Part shown: positions 51,143-64,000 of the stretch, piece by piece | Numbering within the stretch: position 1 is the first letter of the stretch | Layout of the letters: every line of letters begins with the position of its first letter | NCBI RefSeq assembly: GCF_006345805.1 | Contig: NC_042997.1 | Coordinates: forward strand, 200,570,001-200,634,000 | DNA from: Octopus sinensis | Lineage: Eukaryota | Length of the DNA stretch: 64,000 nt | Direction: 5' to 3' | Position numbers and translations under genes: made by a program | Notes under the pieces: model-generated | What the model saw: the letters and a program-made list of their open reading frames with translations, nothing else | The model's database searches: none | Told to the model about the DNA's origin: nothing

Positions 51143-51545
51143 TAAGCGAAAGAGTAGCTGTGTGGTAAGTAGCTTGCTTATCGACCTCATGGTTCCGGGT
51201 TCAGTCCCACTGCGTGGTACCTTGGGCAATTGTCTTCTACTATAGCTTCGGGCCGACCAAAGCCTTGTGAGTAGATTTAGTAGACGGAAACTGAAAGAAG
51301 CCCGTCGTATATGTGTGTGTATGTGTGTGTATGCTTGTGTGTCTGTGTTTGTCCCGCCAACATCGCTTGACAACCGGTGCTGGTGTGTTTACGTCCCCGT
51401 CACTTAGCGGTACGGCAAGAGAGACCTATAGAATAAGTACTAGGCTTACAAAGAATAAGTCCTGGAGGCAATTTGCTCGATTAAAGACGGTGCTCCAGCA
51501 TGGCCGCAGTCAATGACTGAAACAAATAAACGAATAAAAGAAAGA
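51143..51545 (+). mobile_element. SINE A, well preserved
   Basis: Head gctgtgtggtaagtagcttgc...ggttcagtccc, accttgggcaa CORE-like box, tail ggtgctccagcatggccgcag. Confidence 0.9.
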
Positions 51546-52092
51546 CTACATTACATAATGCATGCTCTCTTCCCTTGGATTATTATGACCTCCGTTCCTT
51601 AATGCTTGCTGGATTTCTACCTCCTACAGTCAACCATCGAACCCACTTATTTGTCCAGTTCTTATAATCCTTGTATCCACACCACAACCCTGGACTAATC
51701 ATTAAACTCCATCTCCCTTCCTAAGGACGTTAACCTTCTGATATCTCCTCTCTGCTCAGGTCTTTCATGCTGGTGTTGAGCTGCCGCAGTTTAAACAGAA
51801 CATTAACAACATCAAGCTGACTGTTCTTGTGGGTGGGGTGCACACAAAGGAGGAACCCGGATGAAGGGCACTGCGCTTTCTTACAGACTTAGCAAGTCAA
51901 ACAAAAGAACGATGATGCATAGTTTGAGGGCGGTTTGGCTGTAGCTTCTAGCAGGTCAAGTGATTATATAGAAACTCCTTCCTTGCAGTTATCAGTTGCC
52001 ATAGTGTTCCGTGGTGTATTTACAATATTTTTTGCTGCTGATGTAGTGCTGTTGTCTACAGAACAGATGCAACTTCACAAATGACCACAAAT

Positions 52093-52325
52093 GGCGAACT
52101 GGCAGAATCGTTAGCACGCCGGGCGAAATGCTTAGCGGTATTTCGTTTGCCGTTACGTTCTTAGTTCAAATTCCGCCGAGGTCGACTTTGCCTTTCATCC
52201 TTTCGGGGTCGATAAATTAAGTACCAGTTACGCACTGGGGTCTATCTAATCGACTTAATCAGTTTGTCTGTCCTTGTTTGTCCCCTCTGTGTTTGGCCCC
52301 TTGTGGGTAGTAAAGAAATAGGTAT
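52093..52325 (+). mobile_element. SINE B, well-preserved monomer
   Basis: Ends aaagaaataggtattt, i.e. it runs into the array junction. Confidence 0.9.
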
Positions 52326-53322
52326 TTGCATGTTTGGTGCCATTGGCATGATCAGTGTGACTAAACCAAGTCGAAACAAAAGTCATAATACTTTTAACAC
52401 ACCAATGTAGGTATGTAAATGAATCTTACTTTCGACGTTGATATTAATGTATGTGGCAGAAGACATAACTAATCCCTTTAGCTGTTTAGTTTAGTGGTGG
52501 GTCTTTTCTGAGTGTAAATTTTGCCGCTAACCTCCTGGTCCTTAATCCTTCTAATGTACTCTCTTGAATCATTCAATTAGTTCATGCCCTATTCTTCACT
52601 AATTTGATGAAGTATCAAAGAAATTAATCATTAATGCTATTGTTGCGGTTGTTGTAGCTACTCATGTTATCATTATCATCATTATTGTTGTTGGCTCTCA
52701 CAGCATTAGCAGATGAAATTTTCTTTGGAGAATTTGTTATAAAAGATTATAATACTCTGATAAAATCCTGCCTTGGTATGTAGGGGCACAATCAAAAGAA
52801 GTTTATTTTTTTCTTTTACAAATGTTTCCGTTTTTTTATTATTCATATGAATGACATTTGTATTTTCAGAAAAGTGACCAAATATAAATATGGTACACGA
52901 TAATATTATTGCAACAGCTAATGAAGAATGGCAGTAGTGGCTGTGTGGTAAATAGGTTGCTTACCAACCACATGGTTCTGGGTTCATTCCCACTGCGTGG
53001 CACCTTGGGCAAGTGTCTTCTAATATAGCTTCGGGCCAACCAAAGCCTTGTGAGTGGATTTGATAGACGGAAACTGAAAGAAGCCCGTCGTATATATGTA
53101 TATATATATATTATGTGAAATAGAAGGATGAATAATCTTGTAGTAGATTAATCAAAAGTTTAACCGATACCTTAGTAGCAAAAATCACAGCAGTAAACAG
53201 CACGGTTGGAGGTACAACCATATGGTGTTGCAACCGTGCGTTGATGCGGATAATTGAAATTAAAACATTATTGGTGAATTGAAGAAATGGAGCTGAACGC
53301 AGATTGAACAGAAATCGTTTTA

Positions 53323-53404
53323 TTTCATTCTACACGTGTTTCGAAATTACCAAAATCCGATTGAATAATGGGACCATATTGTGTCTTTCTCTTCAGGAAG
53401 AAAA
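53323..53404 (-). ncRNA. Inverted copy of the same hammerhead lacking most of the 3' strand of stem II
   Basis: ggtaatttcGAAAc instead of ggtaatttgtgcctttcGAAAc (8-nt deletion). Confidence 0.7.
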
Positions 53405-54047
53405 TAGGAAATCCGTTGGAAAAACAAAAACAGAACAGAGGCGGAGCAAAAACAAATCGAACTATGCTCCTAAGAGCCCATGGCGAAACTGTTTATCAGT
53501 GTATGTTGAGAAGCGGTGGCTTTAAGATATCTACGATTAACCACTGCAAGGGGAATTACTCCTGTTAGGCAAACGGGGCTTGGTTTTTTCACAGCGGGGG
53601 GTTTCCTTGACAAGGCAGGCTTAGATGAACACACACACACATAAAACATAATATATATATTTTTTTCTGCCACCCAACGGTTCTCGCGGCAGTAGCCACT
53701 GACAGCCGAACGATCAAACGCACACACGTACACAAAAAATGTTTTCTACCCCTACGCCAACACACACATATATAGAACAGTATACACACACGTCTCTAAG
53801 TAGATTTTTTCTCGCCCCTTATAAAACATCCAATATTCCTTAAATAGTCAGAACTTTATTCTCGGTCACAAAGAACACCCACACACCCTCACCCACATGA
53901 TTGACCGATGCCTGACCCGTTAAATTCTTCAGCCACCGCTTCTCAACATACACTGATAAACAGTTTCGCCATGGGCTCTTAGGAGCATAGTTCGATTTGT
54001 TTTTGCTCCGCCTCTGTTCTGTTTTTGTTTTTCCAACGGATTTCCTA

Positions 54048-54137
54048 TTTTCTTCCTGAAGAGAAAGACACAATATGGTCCCATTATTCAATCGGATTTT
54101 GGTAATTTGTGCCTTTCGAAACACGTGTAGAATGAAA
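54048..54137 (+). ncRNA. Type I hammerhead ribozyme with intact catalytic core
   Basis: Stem I TTT-C-TTC / GAA-T-GAAA; CTGAAGA 54056-54062; 10-bp stem II GAAAGACACA/TGTGCCTTTC (1 mismatch); GAAA 54118-54121; palindromic CACGTG; GUA cleavage site at 54127-54129. Confidence 0.85.
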
Positions 54138-54185
54138 TAAAACGATTTCTGTTCAATCTGCGTTCAGCTCCATTTCTTCAATTCA

Positions 54186-54309
<124 letters not shown>

Positions 54310-54774
54310 TCTGCGTTTGTCCCCCCAACATCGCTTGACAACCGATGCTGGTGTGTTTACGTCCCCGCAACGTTAGCAGTTCGGCAAGAGAGACCGATAG
54401 AATAAGTAGTAGGCTTATAAAGAATAAGTCCTGGGGTCAATTTGCTCGACTAAAGGCGGTGCTCCAGCATGACCACAGTCAAATGACTGAAAGTAAAAAA
54501 AAAGGGGTAATACAAAAACAAAATACGTAACTAAATGAACAAAAAGAAAAATATGAATCTATAAATGAACTCTTGAGATCGATGACCGGAACCTCCGTCG
54601 TCACGAATTTAGCACAACTGTTTCCAGTTATGTTGGGCAAGCCGCATGTTGGCGCATCACTAGCTTGTCATAAGCTCCAAGGAGTATCTCGCTTCCAGTA
54701 AGCAATTATTGCTGTTGCTATCTGTAAAAGGCTAACGCAGTTTGTCTTTATGTGCGATAATGAATATTCTGTTA

Positions 54775-55172
54775 AATGTTTGTGGGTGCTGTTCAGTTGC
54801 TGTTGCTGTTGAGCGAACGGTCTTCGTCCCAGAGCTCGCAAGATGGGAGAAGTTCGAAACGTGGTCCTTTGCTATTTGTAAGACCCACAGAAGAGAAAGC
54901 AGGTCAACCCCCGCACTGAGAGCATCAACAGATGGATGAATGTGCATCCAGGCTTAGCGGTTGCGTAGGAAGTTGGGGATAAGAAACAGGAAGAAAGAGT
55001 GAGAGAAAGTTGGGGCGAAAGAGAACAACAGGGGTCGCCACCACCCTCTGTCGGAGGCGCGTGGAGCTGTAGGTGTTTTCGCTCAATAAACACACACAAC
55101 GCCCGGTCTGGGAATCGAAACCGCGATCCTCCGACCGTGAGTCCGCTGCCCTAACCACTAGGCCATTGCGTC
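54775..55172 (-). mobile_element. SINE C, well preserved
   Basis: Matches 2803-3180 and 31229-31612. Confidence 0.9.
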
Positions 55173-55349
55173 TCCTGCGGGTGTTGTTCAGTTGCTTCTT
55201 AACACATCCCAAGAAACATATTTGAATTCATCAATTCGACCAGTCACCACCACAGACCAGACCAACACTCTTCAACACTTATATGACACGGTTTAATACT
55301 TTTTAGTACGGAAGCACAATATTTCTACATATCATGGGGACATCTTATA

Positions 55350-55765
55350 TATTTCTTTATTGCCCACAAGGGGCTAAACATAGAGGGGACAAACAAGGAC
55401 AGACAAAGGGATTAAGTCGATTACATCGACCCTAGTGCGAAACTGGTACTTTATTTATCGACCCCGAAAGGATGAAAGGCGAAGTCGACCTCGGCGGAAT
55501 TTGAACTCAGAATGTAGCAGCATACGAAATACATATTTCTTTATTACCCACAAGGGGCTAAACACAGAGGGAACAAACAAGGACAGACATAGGTGTTAAG
55601 TCGATTACATCGACCCCAGTACGTAACTGGTACTTAATTTATCGACCCCGAAAGGATGAAAGGCAAAGTCGACCTCGGCGGAATTTGAACTCACAACGTA
55701 ACGCAGACGAAATACCACTAAGCATTTCGCCCGGCGTGCTAACGTTTCTGCCAGCTCGCCGCCTT
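55350..55765 (-). mobile_element. SINE B tandem array (two units)
   Basis: Junction catacgaaatacatatttcttt at about 55521-55542. Confidence 0.9.
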
Positions 55766-57384
55766 TAAATGAAGAAGAGATACGTATTCATGCCTACTTT
55801 CTTAGCAGAGCGCTGTTTCGATCTAATGGTGACATCTTATATCTCAGCTTCCCTAGCTAAAATGATCAGGTAGATTCAGTTGTACCTGTCAAGTATCAAG
55901 CTATAATTTAATACTGTTTAAATGATGTTGTTGTTAGTGTTTGACATCCATATTTTAATGTGAGGAATTTAGGCGCATATTTAAAGAGGTTCCGAGTTCA
56001 GTTGTGAAAATATCACGTAAGCTAGGAGAAAGGGTAATTTCGTTGACGAATTTCAAACTTTATTTGATGATGTTGTTTCTGTGTTGCTATTAAAACGTCC
56101 AAAGAGCATTGTCTGAAATGTTAAAACTTGTCCCTCATCATAGTAAAAAAGCTTACCGACACAATGTTGTTAGTTAAGCAGTAAAAGTCATCAAAACCAA
56201 AGCCATACTGGAGCACTGCAACGACACCCTTGGCATTCGAAGTTGAATGTTTTTATGGGGTTTGGTATGTTTGATGGTATTTGTCATTTGTTGCTTAACA
56301 CCAGTTTATACATAACTGAGGAAACGTATATTCAAAGGAGCTCCAACCATGACCATCCAATCTTTTTCTCAAGCATAGTGCATCTAGTACCGCATTGTCC
56401 AATATGCCCTTTCTTTTCCTGACGATGCTATTTCATGTGAGAGAAATTTCATAAGGATCGTGCACGTCAACGGACTACTTAATGCACCCCTTTTTCGGCT
56501 CGAAATCTAATTTTGGCACAAAGGCCAGCAATTTTGAGTAGAGAAGTTGATTATACATATGGTCATGATCTCAAGAGATGAAGCCATCTAATGATAACTC
56601 TGTTCAGAAGGCTGGGATATATCATTCGATAAAGGAACACTGTATAATGAGTTCATAGAGACAAGCTGTAACTATGGAATACCTTTACCCTAAGTCACAA
56701 ATATATACAAGTTGAATAATCATGGAAAGTGTTTACAAGTGAAGGCCATGTTCATCTTCTGTGTATCACGTCATATCTGCTAGCTGTCGCGTGTGTAGTA
56801 CAAGAGCTCGCGAAGTCATGTCCTGACGCTCTGGTGTCACGATGACAAAGAGGAAGGACTGAATGACGGAACATTAGAGATACATGTGCCACCTAGTGGC
56901 GAGCTATTTAGACAGCCACCATCAGGGGAGGTAACTGCGCCTATAATTACATCAACCCCAGTGCTAAACTGGTACTTATTTCATCGACCCCGAAAGGATG
57001 AAAAGCAAAGTCGACCTCGGTGATATTTGAACCCAGAACTTAAAGAGCCTGGAAAATGGTCAGAAGCATTTTATTTATTTATTTATTGGTGCTGTAACGA
57101 TTCTGTCAGCTCGTTGCCTTCGGTTCGGAATAAAAACCGAAGACGTTGTGTCTGAGTTCATCTCTGGCTAAGAAAATCTATGATTGGATGTGTTTCAGCT
57201 ATGAACATCTGTTCTTCTCCTGGGCGAAAGTTTGGTTGCTCTTTCTAGCAAGTTCAGAAACTTCATATAAATGCCTCTTCATTGATTCCTAAGTTCATAA
57301 TTTCTCTGTGATTGTCTATCGATTATGGTCAATGCATTCAATATTTCTCCCAGTTACAATGAAAATTCATTTGTATGATTACCT

Positions 57385-57722
57385 GCTGTTTGTGTGTGTG
57401 CGCGTGTGCGTGTGTGTGTGCGTGCGTGTATTTGTGCATGTGTGTGTATGTGTATGTGTGTGTGTATGTGCGTGTATGTGTGTTTATGTGTATGTGTGTG
57501 TACATGTGTGTGCATGTGTGCGTGTATACGTGTAGCGTGTGCATGTGTGTGTGTGTGTGTAGTGTGTGTATGTGTGTGTGTGCGCGCGTGTGTGTGTATG
57601 TGTGTGTATGTGTGTGAGTGCATGTATGTATGTGTGTGCATGTATGTGTGTGTATATATGTGTGTGTGCATGTATGTGTATGTATGTGTGTTTGTGAGTG
57701 TGTGTGTGCGCGCGTGTGTGTG
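57385..57722. repeat. Compound (TG)n microsatellite
   Basis: Directly visible. Confidence 0.95.
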
Positions 57723-57834
57723 ATTAGTTAAGTTGACGTTATTGTTGTTGTTCAGATCCAGCTCAACCACCACCAAGTTGTGATCAGAACCATCCCCTCC
57801 TTGGCCAATCTATTTTTTACGCACCTTTTTATTT

Positions 57835-58228
57835 TTTACTCTTTAAATTCTTTCAGTCATTAGACTGCGGCCATGCTGGGGGCATCGCCTCCAAACATAT
57901 TAGTCAAACAGCTCGACCCCATTACTTACTTTTTTTAATAATGCCTGCTACTTACTCTATCGGGTTGTTTTGTCGAACCGCTAAGTTATGGAGACATAAC
58001 CATACCAACACTTGTTGTCAAGTAGTGGTGGAGGACAGACACAAAGACACACAAACACACGCACATACAACAGGCTTCTTTCAGTTTCCGTCTCCTAAAT
58101 CCACTCACAAAGCTTTGGTCAGTCCGTGGCTATAGTAGAAGACACTTGTCCAAGGTGCCACGCAGTGAGACTGAACCTGGAACCACGTGTTTGGGAAGCA
58201 AACTTCTTACCACACAGCCACGCCCTGT
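57835..58228 (-). mobile_element. SINE A
   Basis: Reverse copy. Confidence 0.85.
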
Positions 58229-58376
58229 GTCTATAGCAGTATTTTTGAATCCATTACCTTTGAATATCATTATCTAGGACAAGTAAAGTGAGATTTTGGG
58301 ATAAAATGCATTAAGGATTACGATTCATGTTTCAGTTTTGACTTCTTTTTCTAGTTGGTTGAGCGATTGTTTAGAT

Positions 58377-58707
58377 CAGAGGTTCTCAAACATTTTGGGC
58401 CACCGCCCCTTCATAGCCACATAATACACTCTCCGCCCCACCTCTATTTTTATGTATAAATAAATATTTTATCTTTTACTAATCTATATATACTATGAAT
58501 CATTTGATATTTAATATAATAATATATAATTTTATACAATGCTATAATAATATTATTATAAATTCATAGCCTCCCCCATTTCACTGCTTTCTTCCCAACG
58601 CCTCGCTTTTCTCTACCGCTCCCTCATCGCTCCCTTAAGCACCAGCTCCCACCTGGACAGTCTTAACGCCCACCGGGGGGCGGTAGCACCTACTTTGAGA
58701 ACCTATG
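58377..58707. mobile_element. hAT (Charlie-like) MITE
   Basis: TIRs CAGAGGTTCTCAAA / TTTGAGAACCTATG (13/14); 8-bp TSD GTTTAGAT / GTGTACAT (6/8). Confidence 0.75.
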
Positions 58708-59154
58708 GTGTACATGCTCACCCATTAATTCCTAAATGGGTGTTCAGTTTATATAATATAAAACCGTAGCTGTAGAGTGTTGTCTTTGAAGATCTAATGA
58801 AATACGAAACCCATAGAAATAAAATCGAATTTAAATACATTCTCATTAGATTCTGTTCTAACAAGTGTACACAAATTCCTACATTTATAGCATGACATAA
58901 TTCGATTAATTATTAGAAATATTAACAGATTGCCACCTTAAATTGTTTCATTAACTAAAGTTATTATCTGCGGTGCTGTAATGTAGTAGCTGATCTCTGA
59001 CATGTTTAGATATCTTCAGGTGGTACTAGAACGACATACAAGCCATATATAATTGAACTGTGACATAGCCTGAGATGCCTCACCATTATTGCAGAATTAA
59101 GCATGCACGAAAGCGTTAACTACAGGACAATTCACATTTCTTTCAATTTTACCT

Positions 59155-59725
59155 CAACAACACACACAGGCGCAGGCATGGCTGTATGTTTAAGAAGCTC
59201 GTTTTGCGACCCCGTGGTTTTGAGTTCACTACTACTGTGCGGCGCTATCGGTAGCCATTACACTCATTTTTTTCTCTCCTTATTTTTTTCCGTGTCCCTT
59301 TCTGTAGAAGAACGTAGGCTCGAAACGTTCAAGACTTTTTCAATTCCTGAGCGTTATACTAATACATCTGTTTGCTTTGTACACCACCTGTCTTCGTCTT
59401 TTCTTTTTTCGTGAACTCTCCCCCTATATTCTACTATAACCTAGGGTTGACCAATGCCCTGTGAGTGAATTTGGTGGACAGAAATAATGTTAACTCCCAT
59501 TGTGTGCGTGTGTGTGTACTTGTCTTTGTGCTTGTCCCCTAACGCAACTTGACAATCGATATTGGTTTCTTTATGTGCCTCTAAGTTGGTGGTTCGGCAA
59601 AAGAGCTGGTTGAATTAACACCAGACTTAGAGAAAATAAGCAATACTGAAGCCTATTTGTTAGACTAAAACTTTCCAAGAGGTGCCCTAGCATGGCCACA
59701 GTCTAATGCGAGAAACAAGTACAAG
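59155..59725 (+). mobile_element. Degenerate SINE A interrupted by a Penelope-like terminus (about 59270-59430) with a variant hammerhead at 59298-59333
   Basis: cttt-CTGTAGA-a-gaac-gtag-gctc-GAAA-CGTT-caag; downstream ctgagcgt...taatac motif shared with the 18.5 kb and 28.8 kb copies. Confidence 0.55.
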
Positions 59726-59914
59726 TTAAACGAAGAAAACCTCCTGAAATATAAATTTCTACAATTAGTTTTCTCTTCTTGAAACTACAGATAGAAGAAA
59801 GCAAAATCAGTGAATTTTTAGAGGTCATTTATTGACCGTTTACAATAGCTTCATTTGTATACAACGAAATATTTTTGAGATGTAAGTTATGACTTGTTTC
59901 CCATCATTATATAC

Positions 59915-60275
59915 AGGCGAAGGAGTGGCTGTGTGGTAAGTAGCTTGCTTATCAACCATATGGCTCTGGGTTCAGTCTCATTGCATGGCACTTTGGGCAA
60001 GTGTCTTCTACTATAGCCTCGGACCGACCAAAGCCTTGTCAGCGGATTTGGTAGATGAGGACTGAAAGAAGCCCGTCGTATATATGTATGTATGTATGTG
60101 TGTGTGTGTGTTTGCTCACACCATCGCTTGACAACCGATGCTGGTGTGTTTACGTCCACGTAACTTAGCAGTTCAGCAAAAAGAGACCGATATAATAAGT
60201 ACTAAGCTTGGAAAGAATAAGTCCTGGGGGCGATTTGTTCGACTAAAGGCGGTGATCCAAAGGACCGAAACAAAC
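59915..60275 (+). mobile_element. SINE A
   Basis: ggcgaaggagtggctgtgtggtaagtagcttgc head. Confidence 0.85.
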
Positions 60276-60309
60276 AAAAGAATAACAGAAATATTATGCT
60301 AACGTTTCT

Positions 60310-60540
60310 TATTTCTTCATTGCCCACAAGGGGCTAAACATAGAGGAGACAAACAAGGACAGTTAAAGGTATTAAGTCGATTACATCGACCCCAGTGCAT
60401 AACTGGTACTTAATTTATCGACCCCGAAAGGATGAAAAGCAAAGTCGACCTCAGCGGAATTTGAATTCATAATGTAAAGAGACGAAATACTGCTTCGCAT
60501 TTCGCCCGACGTGCTAACGTTTCTACCAGCTAACCGCCTT
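60310..60540 (-). mobile_element. SINE B
   Basis: Reverse monomer. Confidence 0.85.
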
Positions 60541-60727
60541 GGCGAGCGACGCATATTTTTGAATAAATAGATGATTTTATACTACTTGTTGTGGGAATTG
60601 CTACCTCATTATTTATTTGCCTGTAGCATCAAGACATGAAACACCATTGTTAAACCTGTTTAGTTCATTCATTATATTTATATTCTACAAACGAAATATC
60701 ATTAAACTATTAATTGCCGCAAAGTAT

Positions 60728-61563
60728 ATGTGGTCTGATCAATAAATATCCAAATTGTTGCCATAATAACGAAGTTAAAGCACACAGATTAACGTCACTT
60801 GATACATATTGACCTTGTACTCTGCTGTGCATGTGCACTAGGTTTTAACGTTCTATCTTACTTCCTCTGTTTACAGCAGTGCTTGGAAGGAAGGTGTGTA
60901 GCGTGTGATCGTCGCATCGACCATGACAGAGTAGGTTAAGCAGAAAATCTGCATCGAATTTTGCCAAAAGTTTGGTGATACCTGCCCAGAGACATACGCA
61001 AAGCTTTCAAAAAGTTTTCATTGTTCTTGACACGCGTCTTGACAGACATGTGTCTCATACCCAAATCTTCAGTGATAATGGACTGAACTGAACCGTAACT
61101 AATCTTCACATTCTCTGATAACTCATGGATGGTGATTCGACGATTTCCCCTCACAGCTGCACGAATATCTGCAATGTTTTTCTCAGTTCTACTGATTGCA
61201 GGTCTCCCAGAACGTTCGTCAATATCGACATTTTTTCGGCCGTCTTGGAAACGTCTGAACCCCTCGCACACCTGCGTGCGGCTCATACACTCGTCTCCAT
61301 GCACTTTCTGCAACTTTGTGCAGACCTCTGAGCAGATATCGCCGTGACAACTTTCTCTGTCTTGGTCAATGCGACGATCACACGCTATACACCTTCCTTC
61401 CAAGCAGTGCTGTAAACAACAGAAGTAAGCTAGAACGTGAAGGTTAAAACTTAGTGTACATGCACAGCAGAGTTGAAGGTCAATGTTTGCTCAGCGGACT
61501 TACTCTGCGTGCTTTAGCTTCGTTACTATGGCAACAGTCCAGATACTTAGTGATCAGACATCG
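60728..61563 (-). mobile_element. Mariner derivative with two 5' ends
   Basis: TA|TGTGGTCTGATCAATAAATATCC ... GATACTTAGTGATCAGACATCG|TA; minus ORF 60936-61403 is the transposase HTH; the left arm also encodes the transposase start (MTE*VKQKICIEFCQKFGDTC). Confidence 0.9.
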
Positions 61564-61764
61564 TACGAAATTAATGTGAAGGCGCATGACTGAGTGGTCA
61601 TGGTATTCAGTTCACAGGCACGAGTTATGCGGACTGTACTGCATTGTTATCAAGTTCAAGAAACATCAGAGACAGTTTAATCGACTTTCCCAATGTTTTT
61701 TTACAGTGAGGGGCACTACCTATGGCACCATTTAAGCATGTATGTTGGATGTATTTTGCAGCAC

Positions 61765-62105
<341 letters not shown>

Positions 62106-62619
62106 TAAAAGGGTCACATAGAAGTAGACTTTAGTATTTGGAAAGTTATATATACCGAAAGGTATCACAATACTATTTTTAAAAAATCCGAGATTTTGTC
62201 AAACTGCCGTTACAATCTAAAATTTCTTCTGAAATATTTTCAATCGACTTTAACTCTTCAGAAAAGCGACAAACATTCGAATAATTCTCGACTATGAGAC
62301 CATGCAGTAAGCATTCTGCATGAAAGAATTCTACACTTTGGCTGGAAAAACTTCAATGGAATTTTTTCTTCTGGTTTAAGCACCAACGACACTGTCGTCG
62401 TAGTGACCTACTTTCGTTAATAAAAACGGACTTTGCTCACAGCTAATAACAAGGATCAGTTTGCACCTTGCGGTACATTTTCCGTTATGAAACACATTTC
62501 AAAATTCATAAATATAATTTGCATGAATGGAAAAAAAAAACTAATTAGCAGTAATGAATTAGTAACTGTTCAACTGAAATTAAACACACACACATCTGTG
62601 TGTATATGTCTGTGAAATA

Positions 62620-62850
62620 TATACATACATACATACATACATACATACATACATACATACATACATACATACATTCATACATACATACATAGATATATAT
62701 ATACATACATACATACATTCATATATACATACATTCATATATACATACATACATTACATACATACATTATATACATACATACATACATACATACATACAT
62801 ACATTAATATATACATACATTACATACAGACATACATTACATACATACAT
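62620..62850. repeat. (CATA)n microsatellite
   Basis: Directly visible. Confidence 0.95.
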
Positions 62851-62999
62851 AAGTTTTCAACGTGTGTAATTTTGTGATGACTTAAAGTGGTTCGACGATT
62901 TAGCGCCTTTTTTCAGTATATAGGCTACATTTTTTCTATGCCCTTAATTATAATTATAAATATGATTTCACCTTAATATATATACATGCATATGTACAA

Positions 63000-63775
63000 A
63001 CATACACATACATATATGCATATATGGGTATAGGACGTCACAAACCGTAAACAACATGAAATACGAAAACAAAAGAGTTGAATGCATAAACGATGGAAAC
63101 AAACGGAAAACAGGAAAAGTAACATAAAGAAAGACCCTTCATCAGTTGTCGGCTGTCCATCTACTCCTCGTTTCGAGCATTGAACGACAATATGAGTCTT
63201 CGAAGGGCAGTTGCTCCCGCAAACAAAAATAAAACTTGGGATTTGCGGTGGGTCAACGTTGGTAACAAAAACAGGACAGTGGAGACATACGAGGAAACCG
63301 AACGGAAACAAACATGGAGGGTCACGCATCCATTCCAAGTAAGTTTATCTTAATATTTTTCATGCGACTCTACCCTTTACTGTTCTCTCCCCCTATCGCC
63401 TTCTCTCTCACCCTTTCGCTAATTCCTTTTTTTCTCCCCTTCACCGTTTTCTTTCTATCTGTCTGTTTGTCTGTCTCTCTCCCTCTTTCTCCTTTACATA
63501 CTCTCTCTTGCTGCTCATACGTGACCATCGTCCATCTTCCTTTTCCTCACGTGATGATCTTTCTTTTCCTTCACGGCTGTCGTAGAGACTGCACGCATCC
63601 CATCTACCTCTCTCTCTCCCATCTTTGCTCTTGTCAAAGAGAATATTTCACCAGCGTTTGCTATTTTACCTTCGTCTGGTCTAACGACCCTCCACAATAT
63701 ATATATATATATATATTGTTTATGTTATTATTTGATTGAACGTCACGCATCCATTTCCAAGTGAGTTTATCTTTA
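63000..63775 (-). mobile_element. Two abutting Penelope-like termini with a ~30-bp direct repeat
   Basis: gtcacgcatccat(t)tccaagt(a/g)agtttatctt at about 63321 and 63742; TTCGAAGA...TCGAAAC...CTGATGAAGGG boxes at about 63130-63210; TA-rich flanks. Confidence 0.4.
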
Positions 63776-64000
63776 TATGTGTGTGTGCGTACATACATTA
63801 TTAATATAAACAACGCTGCACTTAACATCATATAAGTAAACAAACCAAAATATGTGTAGATAATAATTATAGATGGACTTTCTTCATCCTCAGATTCCAG
63901 TACATTCTGTTATTCTTTCATTCTTTTACTTGTTTTAGTCATGCTGGAGCACTGCCTTTAATCGGACAAATCGTCCCCAGGACTTATTCTTTGTAAGCCC

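Overview
AT-rich, repeat-saturated eukaryotic genomic DNA. The SINE, LINE and microsatellite repertoire resembles coleoid cephalopod (octopus-like) DNA; this is pattern recognition, not a database match. No intact host protein-coding gene was recognised, and almost all six-frame ORFs are microsatellite or SINE artefacts. Mobile elements found: one near-full-length but disrupted R4/Dong-clade RLE LINE (33391-37356), 5'-truncated RTE and other LINE ends, a full-length degenerate Tc1/mariner (maT-like) element, two mariner derivatives each built from two 5' ends, a hAT transposase relic, hAT- and piggyBac-type MITEs, and at least five tRNA-headed SINE families. The most notable signal is RNA-level: about 15 type I hammerhead ribozyme or hammerhead-like motifs. 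Most sit in short Penelope-like termini inserted in (TA)n tracts. Two sit at the 3' end of a tRNA-headed (Pol III-type) SINE whose internal (AAT)n spacer is the landing site of the Dong LINE. Other signals: six local inverted duplications, head-less tandem SINE arrays sharing one junction, and a CpG-decay domain (about 4.7-44 kb) that may mark a methylated host gene body. All coordinates were counted by hand; repeat boundaries are approximate (tens of bp) and no alignment, folding or database search was run.
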